Source: Pseudomonadota bacterium (GTDB lineage: Bacteria > Pseudomonadota > Gammaproteobacteria > Steroidobacterales > Steroidobacteraceae). From it: 64,000 nucleotides of DNA. The position numbers and the translations under genes are program-made. Shown one piece after another: positions 9,007 to 17,757 of the stretch. Under the pieces are notes generated by a model. It saw nothing but the letters and a program-made list of their open reading frames with translations, ran no database searches and was not told where the DNA came from. The stretch's first letter is position 1; every line of letters begins with the position of its first letter. The DNA lies in the NCBI GenBank assembly GCA_025355245.1, contig JANXZZ010000043.1:18016-82015 (forward strand), in the 5' to 3' direction.

Positions 9007-11643
9007 CTATTGCGTCGGGCACCCGCCCGCGTCCGTCGCGCGCGCGATGCGCACGTTCGCGATTGTCACCGCCAGCGCTCCTTGCGTCGACATCGCGAAC
9101 GGCGCCTCGACCGCGGTGAGATCCGCGCCTTTTCCGGCGAAGCACGACAGCGGAATCTCGAGCGTGCTCCAGCTGCCGGGCACTTTTGACGCAAGCACGG
9201 GCCCGACGTCGAAGGCCGGCGCGACCGGTCCCTTGCACTGCTCCCAGGTCGCCGCCGAAAGCTTCGTGCGGCTGCCGTCCGCCGGTACGTAGGCGCCGTA
9301 CGGCGCACCGCAGCGAATCCCGAGCGAGACTGCGGAGGTCGGCGCGCGTTCGACTTTGAGGCGAACGCTGAGGACATCGCCACGCGCCGCGAGCGCGCGC
9401 AGGTCGACCGGACGTCCGCCGATGCGAACCACTCCGGAACCGGTTCCGGCCCAGGTGACCCGGGCGACGCCGGGTTTGAGCGCGATCGCGACCGCACCGG
9501 TCGGGCTCGGCTGCGACGCTGTCGTCAAACGGACCTCGGCGCTCGAGTCCGACACGTAGATCGACCAGGGCGCGCGGACCCGTGCGCCTGCGAACAGGAT
9601 GCCCGCTGGCTGCCACGCGGCCGTCGCTGCGGCAGTCTCCGCCAGTGGCTTCGATGCGCCAGCGGGATGGGCGTAGTCGAGTCCAAAGCCCCGCGCGTGG
9701 AGCGCGCCCGTCGCGTTGTCGGACGTATCGAGGACCACCGGCGTCGGCGTCGCGGGCCAGGAAAAACTGAGTCGGCCGGAGAAATCGTAGCGCACCCGCT
9801 CATCCACGGAACGAACGAGGACGTCCGCGATCCCTTCGCCTTCGCTGCCGGGCAACCACGCGGCGACAAATGCATCGGATGCGTTCAATTCACGATTGAC
9901 CCACATGGGCCGGCCGGACAGGAATACGGCAACGACGGGAATGCCGCGCGCGCGCAGTCCCTGCATCAGCTTGAGCTCGCGCTGGTCCTCGGTCGAGAAC
10001 TCGAGCGTCTCGCGATCGCCCTGGAATTCGGCGTAGGGATGCTCGCCGAAGACGACCACGGCCGCCGTGGGCTTGCCCGCGAAGTTGCCTGCTGGACTCA
10101 GTACGGCCGTGCCGCCACCGGCCTCCATCGCCGCCTTGAGGCCAGCGAAGATCGAAGTCGCGCCCGGAAAATCCGCGTTGGTGTTGTGCGCGCCCTGCCA
10201 GTCGATCGTCCAGCCGCCCGTCTGCTGACCGATATCGTCGGCGCCGCTGCCGGCGACGAGCAGCGTGCCGTGCGGGCTGAGCGGCAGGGTGCCACGGTCG
10301 TTCTTGAGCAGCACCAGCGACTTGCGGACCGCCTCGCGGGCGATCGCGCGATGCGCCTTGCTGCCAAGCACGTCGAAGTGTCCGGCGTCCGGGCGTTGCG
10401 CCGGCAGGGGTCGCTCGAATAGTCCCGCGAGGACCTTGACCCGCAGGATCCGTCGGACCGCGTCATCGATGCGCGCCGGCGGAATCGCACCCGAACGCGC
10501 GTGTCGCAGCGTGTTCTGATAGAGCTCCTTCCAGCCGTCGGGCGCCATGAACATGTCGAGGCCAGCGCGCACGACCGCGGGGCAGTCGGACTTGGTGCAG
10601 CCGGGAATTTCCTCCTGCGCGTTCCAGTCGCCGACGACGAAGCCGTTGAAGCCGAGGCGCCCTTTGAGCACATCCGTCAACAGGTAGTGGTTGGCGTGCA
10701 TCTTCACGCCGTGCCAGCCGTTGTACGAGGCCATCACCGTCAGTACGCCGGCGGCGATCGCTGGCGGATAGCCGGCGGCATGCACACGCGCGAACTCCTC
10801 GACCGAGGAGTGATTGTCGAACTGGTCACGGCCGCCCTGGGTGCCGCCGTCTCCCATGAAATGCTTGACCGACGACACGGTGTGCCCGGGCGCGAGGAAG
10901 TCGGGGGAGCCGAGCGCGCCCTGCAGCCCCGTCACCATCGCAGCCGAGTACAGCGCGACCAGCCGCGGGTCTTCCGAGTAACTCTCGTAGGAGCGTCCCC
11001 AGCGAACGTCACGCACCACCGCGACGGTGGGCGCGAACGTCCAGTCGACGCCGGTCACCGAGACTTCCTCGGCGGTGGCACGACCGATTCGCCCGATCAG
11101 CTCCGTGTCGTGCGCGGCGCCGAGTCCGACGTTGTGCGGGAACACGGTCGCCCCCGGAATGCGCGCGTGGCCGTGCACCGCGTCGATGCCAAACATCACG
11201 GGAATCGACTCGTGTGCGGCGCTCGGGTTGTCGAGAGCGGCGCGGGCGTAAGCGTCGGTGAGCGCAAGCCACGCTGCCGGCGCGGCGCGCACGTCGCCGC
11301 CCGGTGCCGCGTTACCCCCCGCGAGAATCGAACCGAGCTTGTAGTCGTGCAGGTCCGACGGCACGACCGACCCGATGTCGGCCTGGATCATCTGGCCAAT
11401 TTTCTCCTCGAGCGTGAGCTTCGCGAGCAGGTCATCGACGAAGGCCTCGACCTCCGGCCGGATGAGCAGCGTATTCGGACCGCGGGGCCAGGGGTCGGCC
11501 TTCGCCGGCGGCGCCGCGTTGCCGAGCGGTGCGACGATCGCGAGCAGTGCCGCGAAGCCGAGGCCGATGCCAGGATTTGCGCGCAGCCGGCCGGCGGCGC
11601 TCTTCGGCGAAGTACGTTCCATTCGAACCGGCATGCCGATCAT
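9007..11643 (-). CDS. Glycoside hydrolase family 3 exo-beta-glucosidase-like enzyme, exported
   Basis: ORF 9007..11892. ATG at 11643 is preceded by GAGGAAG. The signal peptide ends ...APLGNAAPPAKA. Motifs LTLEEKIGQMIQ, GIDAVHGH and GFNGFVVGDWNAQ (catalytic Asp context). Long C-terminal extra domain. Confidence 0.9.
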   Translation of the reverse strand: MIGMPVRMERTSPKSAAGRLRANPGIGLGFAALLAIVAPLGNAAPPAKADPWPRGPNTLLIRPEVEAFVDDLLAKLTLEEKIGQMIQADIGSVVPSDLHDYKLGSILAGGNAAPGGDVRAAPAAWLALTDAYARAALDNPSAAHESIPVMFGIDAVHGHARIPGATVFPHNVGLGAAHDTELIGRIGRATAEEVSVTGVDWTFAPTVAVVRDVRWGRSYESYSEDPRLVALYSAAMVTGLQGALGSPDFLAPGHTVSSVKHFMGDGGTQGGRDQFDNHSSVEEFARVHAAGYPPAIAAGVLTVMASYNGWHGVKMHANHYLLTDVLKGRLGFNGFVVGDWNAQEEIPGCTKSDCPAVVRAGLDMFMAPDGWKELYQNTLRHARSGAIPPARIDDAVRRILRVKVLAGLFERPLPAQRPDAGHFDVLGSKAHRAIAREAVRKSLVLLKNDRGTLPLSPHGTLLVAGSGADDIGQQTGGWTIDWQGAHNTNADFPGATSIFAGLKAAMEAGGGTAVLSPAGNFAGKPTAAVVVFGEHPYAEFQGDRETLEFSTEDQRELKLMQGLRARGIPVVAVFLSGRPMWVNRELNASDAFVAAWLPGSEGEGIADVLVRSVDERVRYDFSGRLSFSWPATPTPVVLDTSDNATGALHARGFGLDYAHPAGASKPLAETAAATAAWQPAGILFAGARVRAPWSIYVSDSSAEVRLTTASQPSPTGAVAIALKPGVARVTWAGTGSGVVRIGGRPVDLRALAARGDVLSVRLKVERAPTSAVSLGIRCGAPYGAYVPADGSRTKLSAATWEQCKGPVAPAFDVGPVLASKVPGSWSTLEIPLSCFAGKGADLTAVEAPFAMSTQGALAVTIANVRIARATDAGGCPTQ

Positions 11644-11890
11644 CCTGAGTGCTTCCTCGTTGTTCGGACCGCGATCTCCCGCGGCTCCACTTTCCAGCCG
11701 CGTAGCGCGACGCGTTCGCATGCCGTCGGGCGGGCGGACAGCGCACCGAGATCCGGCGCGACTCGCCGGACAGCAGGGTGACATAGTTGTCGTCGTAATA
11801 GACCGGCAGGACGCGGGCGCCGTGCCGGGTCTCTGGTTCGACGAGCGGTTGCCGGCCGGGGTGATGAAGCCGGGACCCGCGCCCGCGAGC
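11640..11890 (-). pseudogene. C-terminal remnant of a glycoside hydrolase (GH2-type Ig-like tail), 5'-truncated and frameshifted
   Basis: Minus-strand frame A reads ...LVEPETRHGARVLPVYYDDNYVTLLSGESRRISVRCPPA. A second frame continues ...ERVALRGWKVEPREIAVRTTRKHSG and ends in a TGA that overlaps the GH3 ATG (ATGA at 11643..11640). There is no room for a full-length gene before the DUF885 gene end at 12024. Confidence 0.45.
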
Positions 11891-12023
11891 ACGCTCTACC
11901 ATCTGGTGTCGGCAATCGGTGAGATCGACAGCGCGCGGCACCGCGGGCGAGTCGCGCGCGGTCACCGCGCGGCGTAGACCCGCTCGCCCGAAGCCCGCAG
12001 CGAAGCGGCGCGCCGTTCGCGTG

Positions 12024-13781
12024 CTACTCCATATCGGGGTAGGGTCCCTTGCCGCCCTCGGCGATGAAGCGATCGACGCGCGCCTCGAGAACCGGAAGCG
12101 GTACCGAGCCCATTTGGAGGATCGCGTCGTGGAACGCGCGAATGTTGAACTTCGCACCGAGGGCTTTCTCGGCCTTTGCGCGGCTCTTCAGGATCGAGGT
12201 TTCACCGAGGTAGTAGGAGAGCGCCTGGCCGGGCCAGGAAATGTAGCGATCGACCTCGGTCGAAATCTCGTGCTCGGGTAGCGCCGTGTATTCGCTCAGG
12301 TACGCGATGGCGCGATCCCGCGTCCAGCCCTGCGCGTGCATCCCCGTGTCGACGACGAGGCGGGCGGCGCGCCACATCTGGTAGCCGAGCATTCCGAAGC
12401 GGTCGTAGGGCGTGTCGTACATTCCCATTTCCACGCCGAGCACCTCACAGTACAGCGCCCAGCCCTCGCCGTATGCAGATATATAGGTGTGCTGGCGGAA
12501 CTCGGGCTGGGCCCTGTGTTCCGCTGCGATCGAGGTCTGGAAGGAGTGGCCCGGCGCCGACTCGTGCAGGGTCAGCGCGGTCAGGTTGTAGAGCGGTCGC
12601 GTCTCGACGTGGTAGGTGTTGAGCAGGTACAGCGTCGGCCCGCCGCGGCCGGCCGTGTAGAAAGGGGCCATTTCGTCCGGCACGGGCTTGATGGCGAATC
12701 GCGCTCGCGGCAGGTAGCCGAAGAACTGCGCCGCCTTGCCGTCGAATGTCTTTGCGATCCACGCCGCGCGCATCAGGAGTTCTTCCGGTGTCTTCGCTGC
12801 AAAGCGCGGATCGGTGCGCAGGAACTTGAGGAAGGCGGGGAAGTCGCCCTTGAAGCCGGTCTCTTTCATCGCCGCGAGCATTTGCGCATGGATCCGCGCG
12901 ACCTCGTCCTCGCCGAAGGCGTGGATCGCATCGGAAGTCATATCGAGCGTCGTGAATTCGCTGATCTTCGACTGGTAGTACGCTTTGCCGTCCGGAAGCT
13001 CGTAGGCGGCGAGCGTCTGGCGCGTGCCGGGTACGTACTCGGTGCGGATGAACTTGAGCAGCTCGACGTAGGCAGGTTGGACCGCGTCGTGGATCGCGGC
13101 GACCGCGTCCGCGCGAAGCGTCGCCTGCTCGGCCGCCGCGATACCGGGCATGTCCTTGAACGGTGAGTAGAAAAGGCTCGCCTCCGGCGTCGCGTCGGTG
13201 ACCGGAGTGATCGAGGCCTCGAGTCCGCCCATCGTCACGCGCGGCGGCGTGAACCCGCGCTTGAGACCCGCGCGCATCTCCTCCGTCTGCTCGTGAAAGT
13301 ACCGCGGCAGGTCCCGCATCAGGGAAATCCAGTTCTTGTATTCCTGCTCCGAGCGATAGCTACGCCGCGCCATGTAGCTGAGATCGGTCCAGAACATCGA
13401 GTCGGCGTTGACCGGCATTTCGTAGTCACGGAAGCGCTGGCTGGCGATGAGCCCCTCGATCTGCGGACGATAGACGTCGTAGTTGACCTGCTCGTCGGCG
13501 GAAAGCTCCGCGCGCGGGATATCCTTCAGCTTCGCGAGCACGTCTTCCCAGTGGTGCAGGCGCGCTTCCTGCGCGGCGGCGTCGACCTTCGGAAAATGGT
13601 CGGGGACCGGCTTCTGCGAGTCCTCGCCGTCGGGAAGCTGCTCGAGGCGCCACTTCCACTCCTCCGCGTAAAGGGACTGCAGCCGCGCGTCGGCGCTTGG
13701 TGGCTTCTCGGCACAGCCACCGGCCAGGAGACTGAGGGCGAGGACGGCCGCGAGTGAGGCGGCCTGGTGACGGGTGCGCAT
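12024..13781 (-). CDS. DUF885 family exported protein (lipoprotein-like), paralog 1
   Basis: ORF 12024..13913. ATG at 13781 gives MRTRHQAASLAAVLALSLLAGGCAEK (lipobox-like LAGGC). Conserved blocks LTLHESAPGHSFQ, GEGWALYCE, EVDRYISWPGQALSYYLGE. Confidence 0.85.
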   Translation of the reverse strand: MRTRHQAASLAAVLALSLLAGGCAEKPPSADARLQSLYAEEWKWRLEQLPDGEDSQKPVPDHFPKVDAAAQEARLHHWEDVLAKLKDIPRAELSADEQVNYDVYRPQIEGLIASQRFRDYEMPVNADSMFWTDLSYMARRSYRSEQEYKNWISLMRDLPRYFHEQTEEMRAGLKRGFTPPRVTMGGLEASITPVTDATPEASLFYSPFKDMPGIAAAEQATLRADAVAAIHDAVQPAYVELLKFIRTEYVPGTRQTLAAYELPDGKAYYQSKISEFTTLDMTSDAIHAFGEDEVARIHAQMLAAMKETGFKGDFPAFLKFLRTDPRFAAKTPEELLMRAAWIAKTFDGKAAQFFGYLPRARFAIKPVPDEMAPFYTAGRGGPTLYLLNTYHVETRPLYNLTALTLHESAPGHSFQTSIAAEHRAQPEFRQHTYISAYGEGWALYCEVLGVEMGMYDTPYDRFGMLGYQMWRAARLVVDTGMHAQGWTRDRAIAYLSEYTALPEHEISTEVDRYISWPGQALSYYLGETSILKSRAKAEKALGAKFNIRAFHDAILQMGSVPLPVLEARVDRFIAEGGKGPYPDME

Positions 13782-14204
13782 GAAAGGTCCCTTGGTTCTT
13801 TTTGTCGCGGCACGGTGGGCGTGCGGCGACGCCGACTTTAGTCCGATCGCCGCGAGCAAGTCCAACGGCAGCGCGCCCGCTGCGGCGGCACGGCGCTCGC
13901 GGGTCCGCTCCATATATGAAGCGTGGGCGCGCTCGGATCCGCGACCGGAGGGCCCCGACCGGCAATGCCTTCAGCCCCAGGGGCTTAATTCCTGCAGTGA
14001 CGGCGCCTCGGGCGCGGAACCCGGCGAAGGCTCCAGGAGCCTCCAATTGAGGGCTCCCGGCCCGATCCGCCGCGTGAAGAGAAGATTAAGCGCCGGATTC
14101 TGCGTCAGCGACTCGCCGGGGCGTGCGTTACCTCTCAGTGAACGGTACAGGTCCGACCGACAATCGCCACCCTGCACCGAGCAGTACCAACCGGGAGGAA
14201 TCGA

Positions 14205-14783
14205 ATGAAAACCTTGATCGGAATCGGCGCCGTTAGCGCGCTCTTGTTCGCCACCACCGCTCTCGCCGCCGGCCCGAATACCGACGAAGTCACGCAGCGC
14301 GACGTGAACCAGCAGAATCGCATCGAGCAGGGCCTGAAGTCGGGCCAGCTCAACACGAAGGAAGCCGGTCAGCTCGAGCACCAGGAAGCGAAGATCGATC
14401 GCACCGAGGCGCGCGACGAGAAGAACGGCAAGCTCTCGGCCGCCGAGACTGCCCACATCAACCAGATGCAGAATAAGGCCAGTGCCGATATCGCCGCGGA
14501 TAAGCACAACTCGGTGAAGGGCAACCCGAATTCGGCGTCGTCGAGGCGCATGCAGGCTGACGTGCAGCGCAACGCGAACCAGGAATCGCGCATCGAGCAG
14601 GGTGCGAAGTCCGGGTCGCTGACCAACAAGGAAGTGGGCTCGCTGCAGCGTGGCCAGGCGCACGTTGATCAGAAGGAAGCTCGCGCGGCGAAGGACGGCC
14701 ACGTCGGAGCCGGCGAACAGGCCGGTATCCAGAAGTCGGAGAATCGCCAGAGTCGCAAGATCTATCGCAAGAAGCACAATTGA
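14205..14783 (+). CDS. Exported charged repeat protein, unknown function
   Basis: ORF 14205..14783, preceded by GGGAGGA. Signal peptide MKTLIGIGAVSALLFATTALAA. The mature part is two copies of a ~70-aa Q/E/K/R-rich unit. Confidence 0.75.
   Translation: MKTLIGIGAVSALLFATTALAAGPNTDEVTQRDVNQQNRIEQGLKSGQLNTKEAGQLEHQEAKIDRTEARDEKNGKLSAAETAHINQMQNKASADIAADKHNSVKGNPNSASSRRMQADVQRNANQESRIEQGAKSGSLTNKEVGSLQRGQAHVDQKEARAAKDGHVGAGEQAGIQKSENRQSRKIYRKKHN
14295..14780 (+). repeat. Intragenic tandem duplication (two ~70-residue units, each ending KHN)
   Basis: Unit 1 is QRDVNQQNRIEQGLKSGQLNTKEAGQLEHQEAKIDRTEAR...ADKHN. Unit 2 is QADVQRNANQESRIEQGAKSGSLTNKEVGSLQRGQAHVDQKEAR...RKKHN. Aligned by eye. Confidence 0.7.
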
Positions 14784-14798
14784 TCTGACCGAAGCGAG

Positions 14799-14833
14799 CG
14801 CGCGGCGATGCGAATCGCCGCGCGTTTGTTCTT
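14799..14833 (+). terminator. Rho-independent terminator
   Basis: Perfect 11-bp stem CGCGCGGCGAT/ATCGCCGCGCG (14799-14809 and 14814-14824), loop GCGA, followed by TTTGTTCTT. It sits about 15 nt after the stop of the repeat-protein gene. Confidence 0.8.
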
Positions 14834-14909
14834 GAGTGGATGGCGCACGACGAGGGTACGTCGAGCGCGCAAGCTCGCGGCACCGCGGCCGATGCGCTAA
14901 CCTTATTCG

Positions 14910-15317
14910 ATGGTTGCGCCAAAGTTTCGGCTGCGAATCGATTTCGGCCCGCACGCATCGCTCGGTCCCGGAAAAATCGCGCTCCTCGAAGCCGTCCGCG
15001 AGATGGGCTCACTGTCAGAGGCCGCCCGCAAGCTCGCGATGAGCTACCGGCGCGCCTGGTTGCTGCTCGCCGAGATCAACGGGTCCTTTGCGGAACTGGC
15101 CACCCTGAGCGCCGTCGGCGGCAGCGGCGGCGGCGGCATGCAGGTCACGGCATTCGGCCGCGCGCTCATCTCAAGCTACCGTGAATTCGAGCAAGCGGTC
15201 GGGGCGATCGGCACGCGTCGGTTTGCCGCGATCGCGGCGCGCGTCGTGAAGCAGAAGACGCCCGGACGCACTGTCTCGCCGCGGCCGTTGAAGCGGCGGG
15301 TCGCGATCCGCGGGTGA
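14910..15317 (+). CDS. Stand-alone ModE N-terminal-like winged-helix (LysR-type HTH) regulator
   Basis: ORF 14910..15317. GPGKIALLEAVREMGSLSEAARKLAMSYRRAWLLLAEIN matches the ModE/LysR-type HTH pattern. No Mop/TOBE domains follow. Confidence 0.7.
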   Translation: MVAPKFRLRIDFGPHASLGPGKIALLEAVREMGSLSEAARKLAMSYRRAWLLLAEINGSFAELATLSAVGGSGGGGMQVTAFGRALISSYREFEQAVGAIGTRRFAAIAARVVKQKTPGRTVSPRPLKRRVAIRG

Positions 15318-15343
15318 ACGTCGGGGTCGGGCTCACGCGCCGG

Positions 15344-16207
15344 TCATGTGGTGGAGCGCCGCGCCGAGCGCAGCATCGCGAAAGCGGCATATGCGACGAC
15401 GATGATCACGAGGTAGCGCAGCCACTCGAGCGGCAGCGACTTCACGATGAACGCGGCGATGCCGACTCCGAAAAGTCCCGCCAGCGTCATGCTGATCGCC
15501 GCCGAGAAGTCCAAGCGCCGGGTGGCGAGGAACTTGATACCGGCGATCGGTTGCAGAAGGGCGCACGACCCCATCATGATCGGGAACGCGGCGATCGGCT
15601 GCATGCCGAGGAGTGCCAGCAGAATCATGCACGGCGCGTAAAGGCCGATGCCGAGCGTCATAAGCGCACCGAGCACGAAGTTCGCGCCAACCGCGACGCC
15701 GAACTTCCAACCGCTGAGTGCGAGTGCGTCGCCGCCGCCCGGCAGCATGTGGCGGGTGACCGCGGCGAATACGCACGCGGCAATCAACAGTGCGACGCCC
15801 ATGCCGATCTGGATCGCGCGTCTCGGCAGCCGACTGACGACGCCCGCGCCTAGCCACGCGCCGAGCGCCGCGCTCGAGATGGTCGCCGCGAGCAGCGCAG
15901 GATCGATCTCGATGGACTTGACGAATATCGTCGCCTCCGCGACCCCGGACGCGGCCAGCCCGACGTTGAGCGTGCCGGGGATGAGCTCGTCCTTCACCAT
16001 GTGGAACAGCTTGAACAGGGCGGTCGTCGGCGCGAACGAGCCGATGCCGAGCGTGTCCAAGAAACTTGTGAGGGCGCCGACAGCCATCGCGCCCAAGGTC
16101 GGCCGGTTCGACTCCGGGCCGAGCCGGGCGGCGCGCACCCACGCCATCGCCAGGAAAAGTGCACTGACGCCGAGCGCGATGAAGAATCCGATCTGAGCAG
16201 CATTCAT
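15344..16207 (-). CDS. TauE/SafE family sulfite-exporter-like membrane protein
   Basis: ORF 15344..16207. Polytopic, Gly/Ala/Leu-rich, with the two-halves architecture typical of TauE/SafE (DUF81) permeases. Confidence 0.8.
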   Translation of the reverse strand: MNAAQIGFFIALGVSALFLAMAWVRAARLGPESNRPTLGAMAVGALTSFLDTLGIGSFAPTTALFKLFHMVKDELIPGTLNVGLAASGVAEATIFVKSIEIDPALLAATISSAALGAWLGAGVVSRLPRRAIQIGMGVALLIAACVFAAVTRHMLPGGGDALALSGWKFGVAVGANFVLGALMTLGIGLYAPCMILLALLGMQPIAAFPIMMGSCALLQPIAGIKFLATRRLDFSAAISMTLAGLFGVGIAAFIVKSLPLEWLRYLVIIVVAYAAFAMLRSARRSTT

Positions 16208-16371
16208 GTAATAACTGTCCGTGGATGACAGCTCGGGAACCCATTCTCGGTACGTCTCCGGGCGGTCCAGCCGCCGTCGCCGCCGTGTGCGTTCGAGAGT
16301 TTATTGCGCCGCAACAAGAACCTTCGTTTGATGCGATGACACCGCGTCGATATGCGCACGATATCGGAAAT

Positions 16372-17757
16372 TCACCCGGTCGCCCGCGACGCCTTGGGCG
16401 CGGCGCCCAAGCCCGCCACTGCCGCGTCCTCGACGTCACCGGCGAGACGCCTTTGCCGGGTCTCGGGCGCCCAGAGGTAGCAGATCCCGCCCCCGATCAC
16501 GAGCACGCCGACACAGACGCCGAGTGCCGCGCGCACGCCGACGTCGTCCACCAATACCGGCAGCAGAAAGGTCCCGATTGCCGAGCCGATCCTGCTCGCG
16601 GCGATCGCGAGGCCGATTCCGGACGCTCGCAGGTCGGTCGAGAACAACTCGGGAAGGTACACGTACACGAGGTTCGAGGCCGCCGACAGCGCGATCGCGA
16701 AGAGTGAGAAAAGCCCGAACATGATCCCGGCGGGCAGTCGCGGAAACACCGACAGCACCAGCATCGCGGCGGCCGCGACCGCGAAGCTGCCGACGAGAAA
16801 GTTGCGTCGGGACACGCGATCCACCAGCACGAGACCGAAGACGGCACCGCCTAGCAGGGACGCGTTGTAGAGGAGCCCGCCTGCGTGGCCGCCGTGAGCA
16901 TTCAGCGCCGCCATGACCTGCGTTACGAACGTTCCCACCGCGAAGTACGGGATGACCTGGCATGTGAAGAATGCGCACCCTACCAATGTGCGGCGTCGCC
17001 AGGTCGGCGAGAAGAGCTGCCGCCAGCGGCCCCGGTGGCGATCGCCGACCGGTCCGCGGAGCGGCGGCAGCACGCACTCCCCGAGGCGGGTGCGGACCAC
17101 TTCCGCGGCGCGTGCTTCGTGGCCGTGATCGACGAGCCACAGCGGTGATTCCGGCAGGGTCACGCGCACCGGCCAGATCAGGAGACACGGGACTGCGCTC
17201 GCGAGCAGCATCCATCGCCAGGACTCCGGATCGCCGCTCGACAGCGCAACGCCGACAGCGAACGCTGCCGCAAAGCCCCCGGCCCACGCGACCGAGAGGA
17301 GGCTCATCACTGCGCCGCGCAGGCGGCGTGGCGTGAACTCCGTCAAGAGTGCCTTGCTGACGACGTAGTCGGTGCCGAGCAGAAACCCGATCACCAGGCG
17401 CAGGCCCAGAAGCTCCGCGCTCGTCGCCACGAAGAACTGCAGGACCGAAAGCACGCCGAGCGCTGCCATGTTGAACGCGAAAATGCGCCGTCGCCCGTAC
17501 TGGTCGGCTACCGGTCCCGTCAGGAGCGCGCCTGCAAAAAGGCCTGCGAGCGATGCGCCACCCACCAGGCCGAGCCAGAGCGGCGAAAGCTGCAACTCGA
17601 CGTGTGCGGCGCCGAGCGCGGTGCCGATGATCCCGAGGCCAAAGCCGTCACTGAACACGCCACCCGTGCTCGCGAGCGCGACGCGCAGATGGAATCGTCC
17701 TAGGGGAACGTCGTCGTACTGAATCGGCGGTGAGGCCGAAGGAGATTCCAGGCTCAC
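16372..17757 (-). CDS. MFS transporter (sugar-porter/metabolite:H+ symporter-like)
   Basis: Distal part of ORF 16372..18024. The GTG at 17757 overlaps the upstream TGA (GTGA). Motifs GPVADQYGRRRIFAFN and LPESPLWL. About 12 TM segments. Confidence 0.85.
   Translation of the reverse strand: MSLESPSASPPIQYDDVPLGRFHLRVALASTGGVFSDGFGLGIIGTALGAAHVELQLSPLWLGLVGGASLAGLFAGALLTGPVADQYGRRRIFAFNMAALGVLSVLQFFVATSAELLGLRLVIGFLLGTDYVVSKALLTEFTPRRLRGAVMSLLSVAWAGGFAAAFAVGVALSSGDPESWRWMLLASAVPCLLIWPVRVTLPESPLWLVDHGHEARAAEVVRTRLGECVLPPLRGPVGDRHRGRWRQLFSPTWRRRTLVGCAFFTCQVIPYFAVGTFVTQVMAALNAHGGHAGGLLYNASLLGGAVFGLVLVDRVSRRNFLVGSFAVAAAAMLVLSVFPRLPAGIMFGLFSLFAIALSAASNLVYVYLPELFSTDLRASGIGLAIAASRIGSAIGTFLLPVLVDDVGVRAALGVCVGVLVIGGGICYLWAPETRQRRLAGDVEDAAVAGLGAAPKASRATG

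Noticed and set aside
6959-9616. The 885-aa ORF read as a single gene.
   Set aside because: Its first ~220 codons are Arg-rich, overlap the 3' end of the GH3 gene and precede a clear signal peptide. A TTG at 8947, 60 nt downstream of the GH3 stop, gives a normal-length SASA-type esterase.
11893-12023. Further upstream extension of the glycosidase remnant toward the DUF885 stop.
   Set aside because: None of the three minus-strand frames there shows recognisable glycosidase-like sequence. I limited the remnant to the part with clear motif similarity.
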